From Escherichia phage sortkaff: a DNA stretch of 42,446 bases. Where the stretch lies: sequence record MN850581.1; one strand, written 5' to 3'. Below are positions 24,968 through 34,785 of the stretch, one piece after another. The stretch's first letter is position 1. Every line of letters begins with the position of its first letter. The position numbers and the translations under genes were made by a program. Under the pieces are notes generated by a model that did no database searches, was not told where the DNA came from, and was given only the letters and a program-made list of their open reading frames with translations.

Positions 24968-27900
24968 TTACTGCTGGTTATCGTCTGCGGCGGCTCGTCC
25001 GCCAGCGCCCGAAAAGAAGCCCACGATCCCGGCCCGGTTAACTGCTGCCTGTTCCTCCGGGGTCATGGCTGCGAATAGCTCGCGCCACTGGGGGGAATTT
25101 GCCATTTCGCGCTCGGCTTCGTTGACGAAAGTCCGGCCCGCCGGGGTGAGCTTGCCGGAGCTTTGCGCCGCTGCTGCCTGCATGAGTTTATTAAAATTCG
25201 TGCCGGATAGCACATTATCCGCAAGGACCGATCGCGGGACACGGTTCGCACGGGCCAGGCCCTGGGCTGCGGACAATGCGGCGTTACCTGCCGGACCTGC
25301 TGCGGCGTATGCTGCGGCATGTTTCCCGATCCACCCAGCCGCGCCGTAGAGCTTGGACAGCGGACCGCCAGCTCCCGGATCGTCGAAGCGTTTCACGAAG
25401 TCATTGATCGCCCCGGTGGTCGTGGTGAAACGTTGTGCGCGGTCGATACCATTCGCGACGCGGTAGATCTGCATGAAGCGGACGCGCTGCTCTCGCGGTA
25501 GGTGCTTCATAACGTTCCCCAGAGTGCCGTTAGCCTGCGCCGTCTTGTACCAGTCCACGAAGCCGGGGACGGCGAAAGTATTACGCGCGCTACGTGCGCC
25601 CAGGGTACGCTCCAGCGCGTTAGCCACTACCTCGCCTTTGAGGCTCTCCGGGGTTGCCGCCATCAGCTTGTCCCAGTCGCGGGCGCTGCCGCCTTTCTTG
25701 CCCAGGTTAAGGATCGCGTTTTGCACTTTCCCGGTGATCGAGTCGTTGAGGTTTTTCCCCAGCGTGTCGATCGCGATCGTCTCCAGGTCCTTACGACGCT
25801 TAACGAGCTGTTTCCCCACGTTCCAGTCGTCCGCCGCGCCGTACTTGGCCGCGATAGCCTCCTGATCCTCGGTTAATCGCGCGTAGAGCTGTTTTAGCGC
25901 TGCCTTGTCGGAGTCCACAAACGGACCGGATCGCGTGTTAAGCGCCTGGCCTACCTGTCGGCGGAGCTTGTCCAGACGGGCATAAGTCGGCGGCCCCATA
26001 GAGTCGTTAACAGGCTGGAGCCAGTCCAGCGCCTTACGCTCTGCCGCGTCCAGCGTCCCCAGCCCCTCTACGTCCGCCTTGTCCCAGATATGGCGTAACG
26101 TGTTGTTTGCGTCCACGGTTTCGTTTTTCGGGATTTTGGTCGCGATCTGGTTATAAACGTCGTCCGCCTGTTTCCCCAGGTCGTCAATAATGGCACGGGT
26201 GCGGGTGCTAAACGCCTGATCGATCGTCTGCGCGTTCATGGTCCCCATGCTGTCGATCAGCTCGTCCGCTTTCCCGGCCAGACGTCCGATCCCTTCGAGC
26301 TGCTGGGCTTCCAGATTGGAGCCTTTGCGGCTAACGAGCTGCTGGACCGTCGCGCGGAACTGAGGATCACGCGCATAAGCCGCCGGGGTCAGCGAATCCT
26401 CGATCCCCAGTTGCTGGGCGGTGCGCATCAGCTTTTTGTCCACGTCGGCCATGTTCGCAAGGTCGATCGTGTCCTGGGAGGCCCGGAGGTTCTCGCCGTT
26501 CGGCGCGGCCACGTTCTCGTCGCCAGTAAAGCGGAATTTGCTTTGATCGCGGGCCACGGCGTCCGAAATGTTGGCCTCGGTGGCCGCCGGGGTCGGTGCT
26601 GCATCGCCAGCGGCACGAGAAGCCGCTCCAGCTTCCTCCCAGACGCCCTTAGCCGCATTCCATACCTTGCTTGCTCCGCCGATAAGCGCACGGCCTACGG
26701 CCTCGCCAGCGGGCGCTAGTGCGATGTTAGTCAGCGTCTCCTCCGGGTCGCCACGGCCAGCCGCGATCGAGCCGGGAACGGCACGAGCCGCCGGAGCTGC
26801 CACCCATTTCTCCACGCCATCGGCGACGCGGGTCAAAACGCTGGCGACTTCTGGGCTTGCGCGCTCTGCGAGGCCCATCAGCTCCGTAGCTGCTTTGGCC
26901 TTACCTGCGGACGGCAACGGCGCGAGGAGGTCCCCGATCAGGGTCCCGATCTGCGCGTATTTGTCGGTAGGCGGTTCGAAGCCGGGGATCGTCCCCGGCG
27001 GGATGTTCGGCGCTTGCGTGTCCTGGTCAACGATACCCAGCGACTTACCCGCATCCGTGGCCGCGTTGGAAACCATATTGACCAGCGAGATCGGCGTGTT
27101 GAGGAGGTCGATCCCGGTCTGGACGATACCGCGCCCGCCCTGGTCGAGAGCGTGGAGCGCGGTCTGGCCTAACTGTTCCCAGTTTTGGGCGGCTTGCTCG
27201 TTGGGATCGACGGATCCAGGGGCCTGTCCGGCTTGATCAGCGCTGCCCGGCTCTCCGTTACCGTTCGGCGCTGCCGCCCCTCGTGCGACATTAGATCCCG
27301 CTTGATTAGGTGCATTGCCAGCGGGGACGGCTGCGACTTGCTGATCGGCCCCTCCGGCTCCGGCGGTTGCGCCATTTTCTCCAGCTCCGGCGGTAAAGGT
27401 TCCTGCTTCGTCGAACTGGTCGAAAAAGTTACCAGAAGATTTAGAGCCATCCCGGCGGGCGCTGGTTGCGCGCTGAATAGGTTCGCCGCTATCGCCAGCC
27501 CCTCGACTAGTCCACTCGTTAAAACGTTCATCCACATATTGACGCCCCTCCGGGCCGGGGGTTGCCTGGCCCGCCAGTTGTTTGTCTACGTTGCCGGGGC
27601 CGTCGTGGTAAGCCTGGAGCGCAAGGCCCCAGTCTCCGTAACGCTGGTACATCTGGGAAAGGTACTGAGCCCCGGCGTCAGCCTGGAGCGCCGGATCGCT
27701 CTTGAGAGCGTTCCAGTCGTAACCCATATCCTCCGCCGTGCCTTTCATGACCTGCGTTAAACCGTGCGCGCCTTTGCTGGAGACGGCGGACGTAGGATCC
27801 GCCGTGCCGCCCGTTTCCTTGCTCGCGAGTGCCGTCATGATGCCAGCGGGTAGGCCCCATCGTGCCCCGGCGCTCTCCAGTAAATCAGAATACCCGCCGC

Positions 27901-27991
27901 CCGACGATCCCGCTTGAGACGGAATCTGATTAGGGAGCGCCGTCGCATTTTTCGGCATGTTCTGATCAAACTGGTCGAAGAAATTCGCCAT
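24968..27991 (-). CDS. internal virion / ejection protein with N-terminal soluble lytic transglycosylase (SLT) domain
   Basis: 1007 aa; SLT motifs KETGG ... GAHGLTQVM ... AGAQYL ... AYHDGPGNV; Ala/Gly/Gln-rich remainder; occupies the position of P22 gene 16. Confidence 0.8.
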   Translation of the reverse strand: MANFFDQFDQNMPKNATALPNQIPSQAGSSGGGYSDLLESAGARWGLPAGIMTALASKETGGTADPTSAVSSKGAHGLTQVMKGTAEDMGYDWNALKSDPALQADAGAQYLSQMYQRYGDWGLALQAYHDGPGNVDKQLAGQATPGPEGRQYVDERFNEWTSRGAGDSGEPIQRATSARRDGSKSSGNFFDQFDEAGTFTAGAGENGATAGAGGADQQVAAVPAGNAPNQAGSNVARGAAAPNGNGEPGSADQAGQAPGSVDPNEQAAQNWEQLGQTALHALDQGGRGIVQTGIDLLNTPISLVNMVSNAATDAGKSLGIVDQDTQAPNIPPGTIPGFEPPTDKYAQIGTLIGDLLAPLPSAGKAKAATELMGLAERASPEVASVLTRVADGVEKWVAAPAARAVPGSIAAGRGDPEETLTNIALAPAGEAVGRALIGGASKVWNAAKGVWEEAGAASRAAGDAAPTPAATEANISDAVARDQSKFRFTGDENVAAPNGENLRASQDTIDLANMADVDKKLMRTAQQLGIEDSLTPAAYARDPQFRATVQQLVSRKGSNLEAQQLEGIGRLAGKADELIDSMGTMNAQTIDQAFSTRTRAIIDDLGKQADDVYNQIATKIPKNETVDANNTLRHIWDKADVEGLGTLDAAERKALDWLQPVNDSMGPPTYARLDKLRRQVGQALNTRSGPFVDSDKAALKQLYARLTEDQEAIAAKYGAADDWNVGKQLVKRRKDLETIAIDTLGKNLNDSITGKVQNAILNLGKKGGSARDWDKLMAATPESLKGEVVANALERTLGARSARNTFAVPGFVDWYKTAQANGTLGNVMKHLPREQRVRFMQIYRVANGIDRAQRFTTTTGAINDFVKRFDDPGAGGPLSKLYGAAGWIGKHAAAYAAAGPAGNAALSAAQGLARANRVPRSVLADNVLSGTNFNKLMQAAAAQSSGKLTPAGRTFVNEAEREMANSPQWRELFAAMTPEEQAAVNRAGIVGFFSGAGGRAAADDNQQ

Positions 27992-29308
27992 TTAAAGCCC
28001 CTCCGGTAAAAATCCGAATTTTGCCTTAAATTGCTCTTTACGGGTAGGGGTAGGCTCCGCATAAAGTGCATCGATCGCCGCCTGCGCATTTTGAACGGGC
28101 ATCCCCCCAGCCGAAAGCTGGCCGACTGCTGCGGTCTTGCTGTCGTCGATCGCAATGTCGCGCTTGTACGCTTCGACGCGCCCGCCCTGCGATTTCTCGA
28201 TCGCGTCCTTGCCTTTGCTGAGGGCGTCAACGTAGCGCTGCATGACGTCTTTTAGCTGCTGCTCGCTCATGGTTCGCGGGTCTGCGCTGATCAGTGCCTG
28301 AGCTGCGGCGCGGCCCTCCTGCTCGGTTACGGGGCCAGTACCGCGCAAAGCCTGAATACCCGCGACGCGGGCCTGGTCTTTCATCTGGTTAAACTGGTTC
28401 ATGATTTCCGCCGTAGCGTCACCGCCACCAGTGGCCGCACTCCATGCCCTGTTACCCAGACCGTTGATCCCGGTAACGAAGCCCAGATCCTTACGCTCAA
28501 GCAAGCGTTTCGCCTGGTCGATCGCCGTGTCGATCGGCGCGAGCGTGGTCTGGTACGTCTGGAGAAAATCGCGTTTCGTGTTGAGCTGGTCGGCCTGCAT
28601 CTTGCTTTGTTGCTGGAGCAATTTCGAGCGCTCAATGTCGTTTTTCTCCTGAGAGATCCGCGTGTTAAGGCGCTCCGTTTGCAGACCGATGTAACGGAGG
28701 TTACGGTCCGCCGCGTTACTGGCCGCCGTGACGTCCTGGCCCCGGATCGTGGTCTGGTTCTTCATGACCTCTTTCGCGTAGTCCAGTTGATCCTTGCTGG
28801 TATTGCTCGCCAGGTGGAGCGCCTGCACGGAGCGACGGAAGCCGTCCGGGTCGGTCGCTGCGGCCTGATAGGCTTTCTGCGGGTCGATACCCAGCGCCTT
28901 AAGCGCGTCCGCGTTCTGCTGGACAAACTGCTGGGTCTGCTCCGGCCCCTGCGAGAGCGCGACGTCTGCCTGGCTGGCGAGCTGCGCGCCCTGCTGCTGG
29001 CGGATCCCGTCCATCATGCCTAAGCGCTTTTGTAGCGCCTCGATCTGGTTCGGGTACTTGTACGCCAGCGCCTGCAATTTCGACGGATCACCCTGCGCGG
29101 CCTGCCAGTCAGCATTGAATTGCTTCATTTGCTCCTGTTGCTGCTGGGCGGCCTGCATTGCCATTCCCTGCTGTCGGTTCTGGATCGCCGCTGCGGTGTT
29201 CTGCTGGATCTGGCCGTAGTTGTTTAGCGTGTCCTGCGCGCCCTGCTGAATGATCCCGATATTCTGCGCGAAGGATCCAACGTTGGGATCAGTGCCGAAA
29301 ATAGCCAT
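27992..29308 (-). CDS. ejection protein (P22 gp20-like by position and size), Gln-rich coiled coil
   Basis: 438-aa ORF contiguous with neighbours; Q-rich helical sequence; assignment by synteny only. Confidence 0.6.
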   Translation of the reverse strand: MAIFGTDPNVGSFAQNIGIIQQGAQDTLNNYGQIQQNTAAAIQNRQQGMAMQAAQQQQEQMKQFNADWQAAQGDPSKLQALAYKYPNQIEALQKRLGMMDGIRQQQGAQLASQADVALSQGPEQTQQFVQQNADALKALGIDPQKAYQAAATDPDGFRRSVQALHLASNTSKDQLDYAKEVMKNQTTIRGQDVTAASNAADRNLRYIGLQTERLNTRISQEKNDIERSKLLQQQSKMQADQLNTKRDFLQTYQTTLAPIDTAIDQAKRLLERKDLGFVTGINGLGNRAWSAATGGGDATAEIMNQFNQMKDQARVAGIQALRGTGPVTEQEGRAAAQALISADPRTMSEQQLKDVMQRYVDALSKGKDAIEKSQGGRVEAYKRDIAIDDSKTAAVGQLSAGGMPVQNAQAAIDALYAEPTPTRKEQFKAKFGFLPEGL

Positions 29309-29970
29309 TAGATAAAGCTCCCGAACATATTACCGAACATGGAGGCCCCGGTGTTCATATCCTGCGCCACGCCCTGATTAAGCGCATTCTGGCTGTAGCC
29401 TGCCACCTGCCACGGCAAGGCCGCTTTAGCCGCGTTTACGTTGCCTTTCTGGCCCTGTAGCGCGTTAAGGGCGTTGGTCCCTTGTGCCGCTGCTGCGGAC
29501 TGCGCGCCAGCGCCGGACAGTCCCACGTTAGCCAGGCCCATAAGCTGGTTATACATGTCTTGTTGCTGCGCCGTCATTTGCGCGAGGTAGTTCTGGCCCA
29601 GCGTCGGCGCGATCGTGGTCAGGGAGTTAGCCGTGGCCGCCCCACCTAAGTTGCCCGTAGCCTCTGCGCTGGCTAACAGGGAGTTACGCGCCTGGCCCTC
29701 CTGCATTTTGTACTCATTGCCGCCGTAATACTGCTGGAGCGTTTTCTCCCGATCGATCGGCTGTCCCGCGATCGCGATAAGGTCAGGTAGCGCGCCCGTC
29801 CCGGCTTCGCGGAAAGGCGAGAGCCAGGCGTCTTGACGGTTCATTAAGTCGCGCTGCCAGTCCATTTGTTTGTCGAGGCTCTTTTGTTGCTGCTTCGCCG
29901 CTTTATTCGCGCCGATGCCGCCTAAGATACCGCCGACGGCGTTACCAATTCCGCTAACAATGCCGCCCAT
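29308..29970 (-). CDS. ejection protein (P22 gp7-like by position)
   Basis: 220 aa, Gly-rich N-terminus; assignment by synteny. Confidence 0.55.
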   Translation of the reverse strand: MGGIVSGIGNAVGGILGGIGANKAAKQQQKSLDKQMDWQRDLMNRQDAWLSPFREAGTGALPDLIAIAGQPIDREKTLQQYYGGNEYKMQEGQARNSLLASAEATGNLGGAATANSLTTIAPTLGQNYLAQMTAQQQDMYNQLMGLANVGLSGAGAQSAAAAQGTNALNALQGQKGNVNAAKAALPWQVAGYSQNALNQGVAQDMNTGASMFGNMFGSFI

Positions 29971-30349
29971 CTGGTGGCCTCCTCATGAAAATCATTTGCA
30001 CTTTTTGCCCGGTGATCAATTCTACTTGCTGCGGGTCGCTTTCAACAAATCCAAAGCGGCGCAAACAATTTCGGACGCCCTCGTGACCTGGGAGGATCGG
30101 CGCTCGGATAGGGACGCTGCCAAACTTCGCCATAAAGTCCGCCAGCGCCTCCCTAACGTACTTTCGGAAGCCGGGACGCATTGCCATATGCCCGTCCAGT
30201 CCGCCCTCCTCGTTGGCGTTGATGGCGAATATGCCGCACTCTCCCCATAGCCAGTATGTGCATACATCGTTTTCCGGCCATTCAGGGACGCCCCACGCGC
30301 GCATAAGGGCCGCGCCGTAGTCCTCCGGGACCTGCCTTAAGCCGATCAC
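29954..30349 (-). CDS. virion protein (P22 gp14-like by position)
   Basis: 131-aa ORF overlapping neighbours; assignment by synteny. Confidence 0.5.
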   Translation of the reverse strand: MIGLRQVPEDYGAALMRAWGVPEWPENDVCTYWLWGECGIFAINANEEGGLDGHMAMRPGFRKYVREALADFMAKFGSVPIRAPILPGHEGVRNCLRRFGFVESDPQQVELITGQKVQMIFMRRPPDGRHC

Positions 30350-30924
30350 GTCCCGGCCATCCCGTGCGACATAACGAGCGCCACCAGCGCCGCGATCACC
30401 TGGCGAGCCTCCACCAGCCCGTCCGCGAGCGCCTGGATCTCCGCTTGCGAGTACGTCGCCCCGGCGGCGTAAGCCGCGCTACCATTGATCGCCCCCTTTT
30501 TGAGCGCCCCGGTCGGGGACGTCCAGCCCGTTTGACGGCCTCCCATCACCTTGATGTTGTTCACGCGGATCTCGGTCCCGATCGAGAGAGGTCCGTCCAT
30601 TACCTGGAGCGCGTCCTCATTTAGTTTCACAACGTTATTATTAATGGTGATAATGGAGCCGTTAAGGTTATCGATCTCGCCGTTAATCTGGGAGATCTGG
30701 CCCTGCTGGTCGGTCAGCGCGGCGTCCTGCTGGTCGTTGCGGATCCTTTGCTGCTCTGCGACCTGAAACGCGTCGGAGGCATCACTCCCGGCCTGATCTG
30801 CGGCGCTCCCTGCGCTGGCAGTAACTCCCCCCAGGCGGGTAAGCCAGTCCTTAAAAGCGACGGACGTCCCCGGCGGGAGGCTGCTTAAGTTGAGCTGCTG
30901 GATAAGGAATTTAGTATCAGCCAT
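30346..30924 (-). CDS. tail needle protein (P22 gp26-like)
   Basis: 192 aa; C-terminal similarity to P22 gp26 recalled from memory (GGRQTGWTSPTG ... YSQAEIQALADGLVEARQ versus GARQTGWTAATG ... YTQTEIQAIANALITERR); heptad-like N-terminal region. Confidence 0.75.
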   Translation of the reverse strand: MADTKFLIQQLNLSSLPPGTSVAFKDWLTRLGGVTASAGSAADQAGSDASDAFQVAEQQRIRNDQQDAALTDQQGQISQINGEIDNLNGSIITINNNVVKLNEDALQVMDGPLSIGTEIRVNNIKVMGGRQTGWTSPTGALKKGAINGSAAYAAGATYSQAEIQALADGLVEARQVIAALVALVMSHGMAGT

Positions 30925-30934
30925 GAGGCCCCCA

Positions 30935-32395
30935 TTAGCTTACGCGGACGCGCGCACGGGACAGCGTGGCAGGCGTAGCGCCTACGGTGCGGATCTTGAA
31001 TCCGACGACGGTCCGGCAACGTCCGACCTTGTGCAAAATAACGCGTTTTAGCCACTGCTGCGGCGTGTTGTAGTCGATCAGGATCTCCTGTCCGAATACG
31101 CTCCCGTCCTCCGTGGCGCTGATCCACATCCGGCTCGTTACGCTGTCGCCGCCCACGCTGGCGTCGATCTCGAAGTCGCTTAACATCATGCCCGTAAACG
31201 GCATCAGCGGCGTATAGAGGACGATCTCCTGGTCTGCCCCGTACTGCGCGCAAGTGGTCATATCAAACGCGCCCAGTACCGCCAGCGTCTTGTCTCCGAC
31301 CGTTACGCGGTTCCCTTCGTTAACGTAGTCGATCGCGCGGTGCGGTCCGCTGGCATTTTGTACGCCCGTTTTAATGATCGTCCAGACCGGGAGGCCCTGC
31401 GCCTGGCTAACCGGGTGATCGTAGACGAGCGTTTGATCCGGTAAGTGGACAATAAGCAATTTATGGCTTTCAAAGCTGATCGCCTCCAGTCGCGTTTGTT
31501 GGAGCTGGGCCACGGTGTACCCGGCCAGAATCTTTTTAACCTGCACGGAGGCCAGATCAGACCAGTCTCCGCCGCCGGGGTTCATCAGCGCGATCGTGTA
31601 CTCGCCCACGAAAGGCGACGTAAGAAATGCGAAGCTGTTCAGGTACTGGCATACGGTTTCACGGCCCAGCGTCCCGGCCTCGACGGTGTAGGATGGCTGA
31701 TTGGCGTAAACGTTCTGGGCGTCCCCGGTCAGGCCGAAAAACTCGATCGAGGCGGTCCCGAAGCAAATCACGTAATCGCGCCACGCCCTGATCGCCACGA
31801 TGCCGTCCGGCATGGACTCCGCACGATAGAACGGCGCGATCTTGTCCGGGTGGCTCTCGTCCTCCAGCGAGGAGATCCAGAAAGTGTCCGAATTTTTCAC
31901 GCTGAAAATGTAGCGCTGGCGGAGGTGGCACACGTCGTTAATGTCGCCCCAGGTGAATTGCGGGTTGTTGACGCCCGTCCCGGAGTCCAGCGGCCAGTTA
32001 CTAAACGTCTTGCGGGTCCCGTCGTAGCGGTAGAGTAAGAGCTGGTTTCCGGTCACGACGCCCTGAGAATCGCGGCTATGGGCCATAGGAGTACGATCCT
32101 CGCCGTTGACGTCGCCGACCTCCACGCCTGCGTTATACAGCTTGCCGCCCATTACCCTATAAGCGGAGTTCGAAACCGTGTTCCAGTCGGAGCCACGGGA
32201 CAGGCCCGCCACGTCCGCGACTTTCTTAAGCCCCGGCATCATGCGCATATAGCCGTTACCGCCCTTAATCTGGCGAGCAATGGCGAGCATGTTCTCCGGT
32301 AGCCGGGTGATCCAGTCGAAGTCCGTCCGGCTGCGGCCATCACCGAAAACGATCGGCAGGTTAACGACCTGCCCGCGTTGCGCATAAGCTCCCAT
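30935..32395 (-). CDS. tail hub protein (P22 gp10-like by position and size)
   Basis: 486-aa ORF; synteny with the P22 late operon. Confidence 0.6.
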   Translation of the reverse strand: MGAYAQRGQVVNLPIVFGDGRSRTDFDWITRLPENMLAIARQIKGGNGYMRMMPGLKKVADVAGLSRGSDWNTVSNSAYRVMGGKLYNAGVEVGDVNGEDRTPMAHSRDSQGVVTGNQLLLYRYDGTRKTFSNWPLDSGTGVNNPQFTWGDINDVCHLRQRYIFSVKNSDTFWISSLEDESHPDKIAPFYRAESMPDGIVAIRAWRDYVICFGTASIEFFGLTGDAQNVYANQPSYTVEAGTLGRETVCQYLNSFAFLTSPFVGEYTIALMNPGGGDWSDLASVQVKKILAGYTVAQLQQTRLEAISFESHKLLIVHLPDQTLVYDHPVSQAQGLPVWTIIKTGVQNASGPHRAIDYVNEGNRVTVGDKTLAVLGAFDMTTCAQYGADQEIVLYTPLMPFTGMMLSDFEIDASVGGDSVTSRMWISATEDGSVFGQEILIDYNTPQQWLKRVILHKVGRCRTVVGFKIRTVGATPATLSRARVRVS

Positions 32396-32404
32396 GCTCG
32401 CCCC

Positions 32405-32860
32405 TTAGTTGGCCGTGTCGTCGTCGTAAAAGCGGCTATGCGCCCAGGTCGATTGATTCCCCGCCCCGGTCGGCATGTCGTTACGGCGTTTGAGCGTCGG
32501 CACTTCGTAGAATGCCACCTTAATGTCGTCCCATTTCTCCTTAAGGAGCGCCCGGACGTCTGCGGGGAGTTCCATCTGGTTATCGATCAGCATCCTTTGT
32601 GCCATCTTGAGCGCGATCGCCTCCAGCGTCCACAGCTCCAGACCGGAGTCCTCGTTGCCATCGGGGATCCCGTCGGAGTTGGTGGTGAAGATGTACGGAA
32701 AATTCAGGTTATCCTTGATACACTCCGCCATAAAAGCCTCTAAATCAGTCAGCCCGTCAACGACGGACTGCTGATCGGCAATTAGGAGGGTTGCAGTCGA
32801 GGACAGGCCCGCACGGCGTAACGCCTGGTTAACGATCCTGATCTTCTGCAACGTCGCCAT
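32405..32860 (-). CDS. tail adaptor protein (P22 gp4-like)
   Basis: 151 aa; motifs DLEAFMAEC and MPTGAGNQ resemble P22 gp4 as recalled; synteny. Confidence 0.65.
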   Translation of the reverse strand: MATLQKIRIVNQALRRAGLSSTATLLIADQQSVVDGLTDLEAFMAECIKDNLNFPYIFTTNSDGIPDGNEDSGLELWTLEAIALKMAQRMLIDNQMELPADVRALLKEKWDDIKVAFYEVPTLKRRNDMPTGAGNQSTWAHSRFYDDDTAN

Positions 32861-33399
32861 TATTTTTTCCCTTTCGCCTCAGTGTCCACTTTCTGGCCGT
32901 CTACTTTCTGGCCGTCTTTTTTGCCGTCGTCCGCTTTGGCGTCGTCCTTCGGCTCGTCTTTCTTCGGCTCCACTTTCACGCCGTCCGGCTGTTCAGAAGC
33001 GACGATCGTCTCCCCTTCGGTGTGGACCTGATCGCCCACCAGTTTCTCGTCCTCCGGGGTCGGTGCTGCGGCTGCGGGGACGACCTGAGCCTGGCCCTCT
33101 GCCACCTGCACGGCGTCCAGTTTAAGGCGCTGCTCCTCGACCTCCTGCTCCGCCTGGGTGGATTTCTGTTCGCGGCTGGCGCGCTCGGCTTCCTTCTGCT
33201 TCGCCTCCTCGATCGCTTCGTCCAGGATGTGGATCTTGTTCGGGTGATCCACCCAGAGGCCCGACTCCAGACGCTTTTCGGCTTCCAGCGCCGGGAAAAT
33301 AGCATAGTGGACGAGGTGCGGACCGCAACGGACGGCAGTCAGGCGGATCGCTTCGGTGATGATGTTCGGGCGGGTGTAGATCATTTGTTCGTAGGACAT
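32860..33399 (-). CDS. hypothetical protein with Lys/Asp/Glu-rich low-complexity C-terminus, located between coat and tail adaptor genes
   Basis: 179 aa from MSYEQMIY...; RBS GAGGAG; no counterpart in the P22 gene order as I recall it. Confidence 0.6.
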   Translation of the reverse strand: MSYEQMIYTRPNIITEAIRLTAVRCGPHLVHYAIFPALEAEKRLESGLWVDHPNKIHILDEAIEEAKQKEAERASREQKSTQAEQEVEEQRLKLDAVQVAEGQAQVVPAAAAPTPEDEKLVGDQVHTEGETIVASEQPDGVKVEPKKDEPKDDAKADDGKKDGQKVDGQKVDTEAKGKK

Positions 33400-33441
33400 T
33401 GGAGACACTCCTCTGGTTAGTTAACGGGACAAGTATAAGCG

Positions 33442-33467
33442 AAAAAAAAGGGGCCACAAAGGCCCCC
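33442..33467 (-). terminator. rho-independent terminator immediately after the major capsid gene
   Basis: Minus-strand stem GGGGCC-uuugu-GGCCCC followed by U8; about 25 nt after the coat stop; an A8 tract precedes it on plus, so it could also work for plus-strand transcripts. Confidence 0.7.
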
Positions 33468-33489
33468 TTTCTCATATTGCCGCGCCAGC

Positions 33490-34752
33490 TTACGCGGGCT
33501 GCTTCGGCAGTAACAGCCCCACATATTCCGGGACCAGTACGGACACGCCGTAAAGCGTGGTAAAACGAGCCGTACACACGCCCGCGATGTGGTTAAAGTC
33601 CCAGGACATGATCAGGGTAGCGCCGTTCTTCGTGCGGCTACGCATGACTTTAGGCCCCATGTCGGACGGGAATGCCAGGTTGCCGAACATGAGTTCTACG
33701 GAGCCGTCGGCCCATGCCAGGTTTCCGTTAGCGGCCACTTTGTTGATCACGGTGATAGCCGCGCCGCTTGCTGCGTTGGCGTCAACGTTAGCATACGGAC
33801 GAGACGGCAGATCGGCGTTATTGACCGGGAGGATCTGCGGGGTGATCGTGATGTTGTTGCCGGAAACGTCCAGGACGCGGAACGTCTGGAGCTGGTCGGT
33901 CGTGTCCTTGCTGATCATATGGACGGAGTGAACGCCCGCGATCGTGAACGCGTCGCCCGCTTCCAGACCATGACCAGCGGAAACGGCGATGATGCCCTGG
34001 CGGTTATCGATCGGGACGTCGTTCGCGTTTTTGGACTGGACTTTGTGCGCCGGGGCAGCGGTCAGGGTGATCGCGCCAGTCGGGCCAGCGCCTACGCGCG
34101 GAGCCAGATCGACCTTATACGCGTCAAAGCTCGCGATATCCGGGATTTTCGCCTTTTCGAAAGCGCTCTGGTTGATGCCTGCGGAGTACGCACGGCCCGC
34201 CAGCTCGCCCGCGATATCTTTGTAAGAGAACGGCTCTACAAAGGCGCGGCGAGGGACGCCCATCGGGATCCCGATAGAGGTCATTTTCGCGTCCAGGGTC
34301 GCGAAACCGTTCCACAGGTCTTTACCCAGCGTACCCGTAGAGTTATCGCCTACGGTTGCGACCTGAGTCGCGTAACGGCCTGCGGTGTTCGCCACGTCAG
34401 AATCGATCTGAGCGGCCAGACGCAGGGCAGCGGCGCGGCCCATTTCTTTCATGTACTCCGGGCGACGCATTTCGCGCGCGTCCAGTTTCCACAGGACGTT
34501 CTGAGGCTCTTTGAACGCAGACGGGACCAGACGCTCCACGATATCGGTCGGCTGTTTGGAGGTCAGATCCAGACCTTCGACGATATCAGCGTGGTAACGC
34601 TGCGGGCGATAGATGACGTCACCTGCTTTCTGCATGGTTTCATCATCCGGGCGGTATTTGGAGGCGTTGTTAGACATTACGCAGGCAGCGTCAAAGCTCT
34701 CTACGTACTCCTCCCACATAATTTCTACTTGCTTTGCTACCTGGTTAGCCAT
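33490..34752 (-). CDS. major capsid (coat) protein, P22 gp5-like
   Basis: 420 aa from MANQVAKQ (RBS GGAG 8 nt upstream); C-terminal similarity to P22 coat recalled from memory (RPYANVDANAASGAAITVIN ... LAWADGS versus [20 protein letters not shown] ... VFWADDA). Confidence 0.85.
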   Translation of the reverse strand: MANQVAKQVEIMWEEYVESFDAACVMSNNASKYRPDDETMQKAGDVIYRPQRYHADIVEGLDLTSKQPTDIVERLVPSAFKEPQNVLWKLDAREMRRPEYMKEMGRAAALRLAAQIDSDVANTAGRYATQVATVGDNSTGTLGKDLWNGFATLDAKMTSIGIPMGVPRRAFVEPFSYKDIAGELAGRAYSAGINQSAFEKAKIPDIASFDAYKVDLAPRVGAGPTGAITLTAAPAHKVQSKNANDVPIDNRQGIIAVSAGHGLEAGDAFTIAGVHSVHMISKDTTDQLQTFRVLDVSGNNITITPQILPVNNADLPSRPYANVDANAASGAAITVINKVAANGNLAWADGSVELMFGNLAFPSDMGPKVMRSRTKNGATLIMSWDFNHIAGVCTARFTTLYGVSVLVPEYVGLLLPKQPA

Positions 34753-34785
34753 TCTCTGTTTCTCCAACCGATGGGCGAATAGGGT

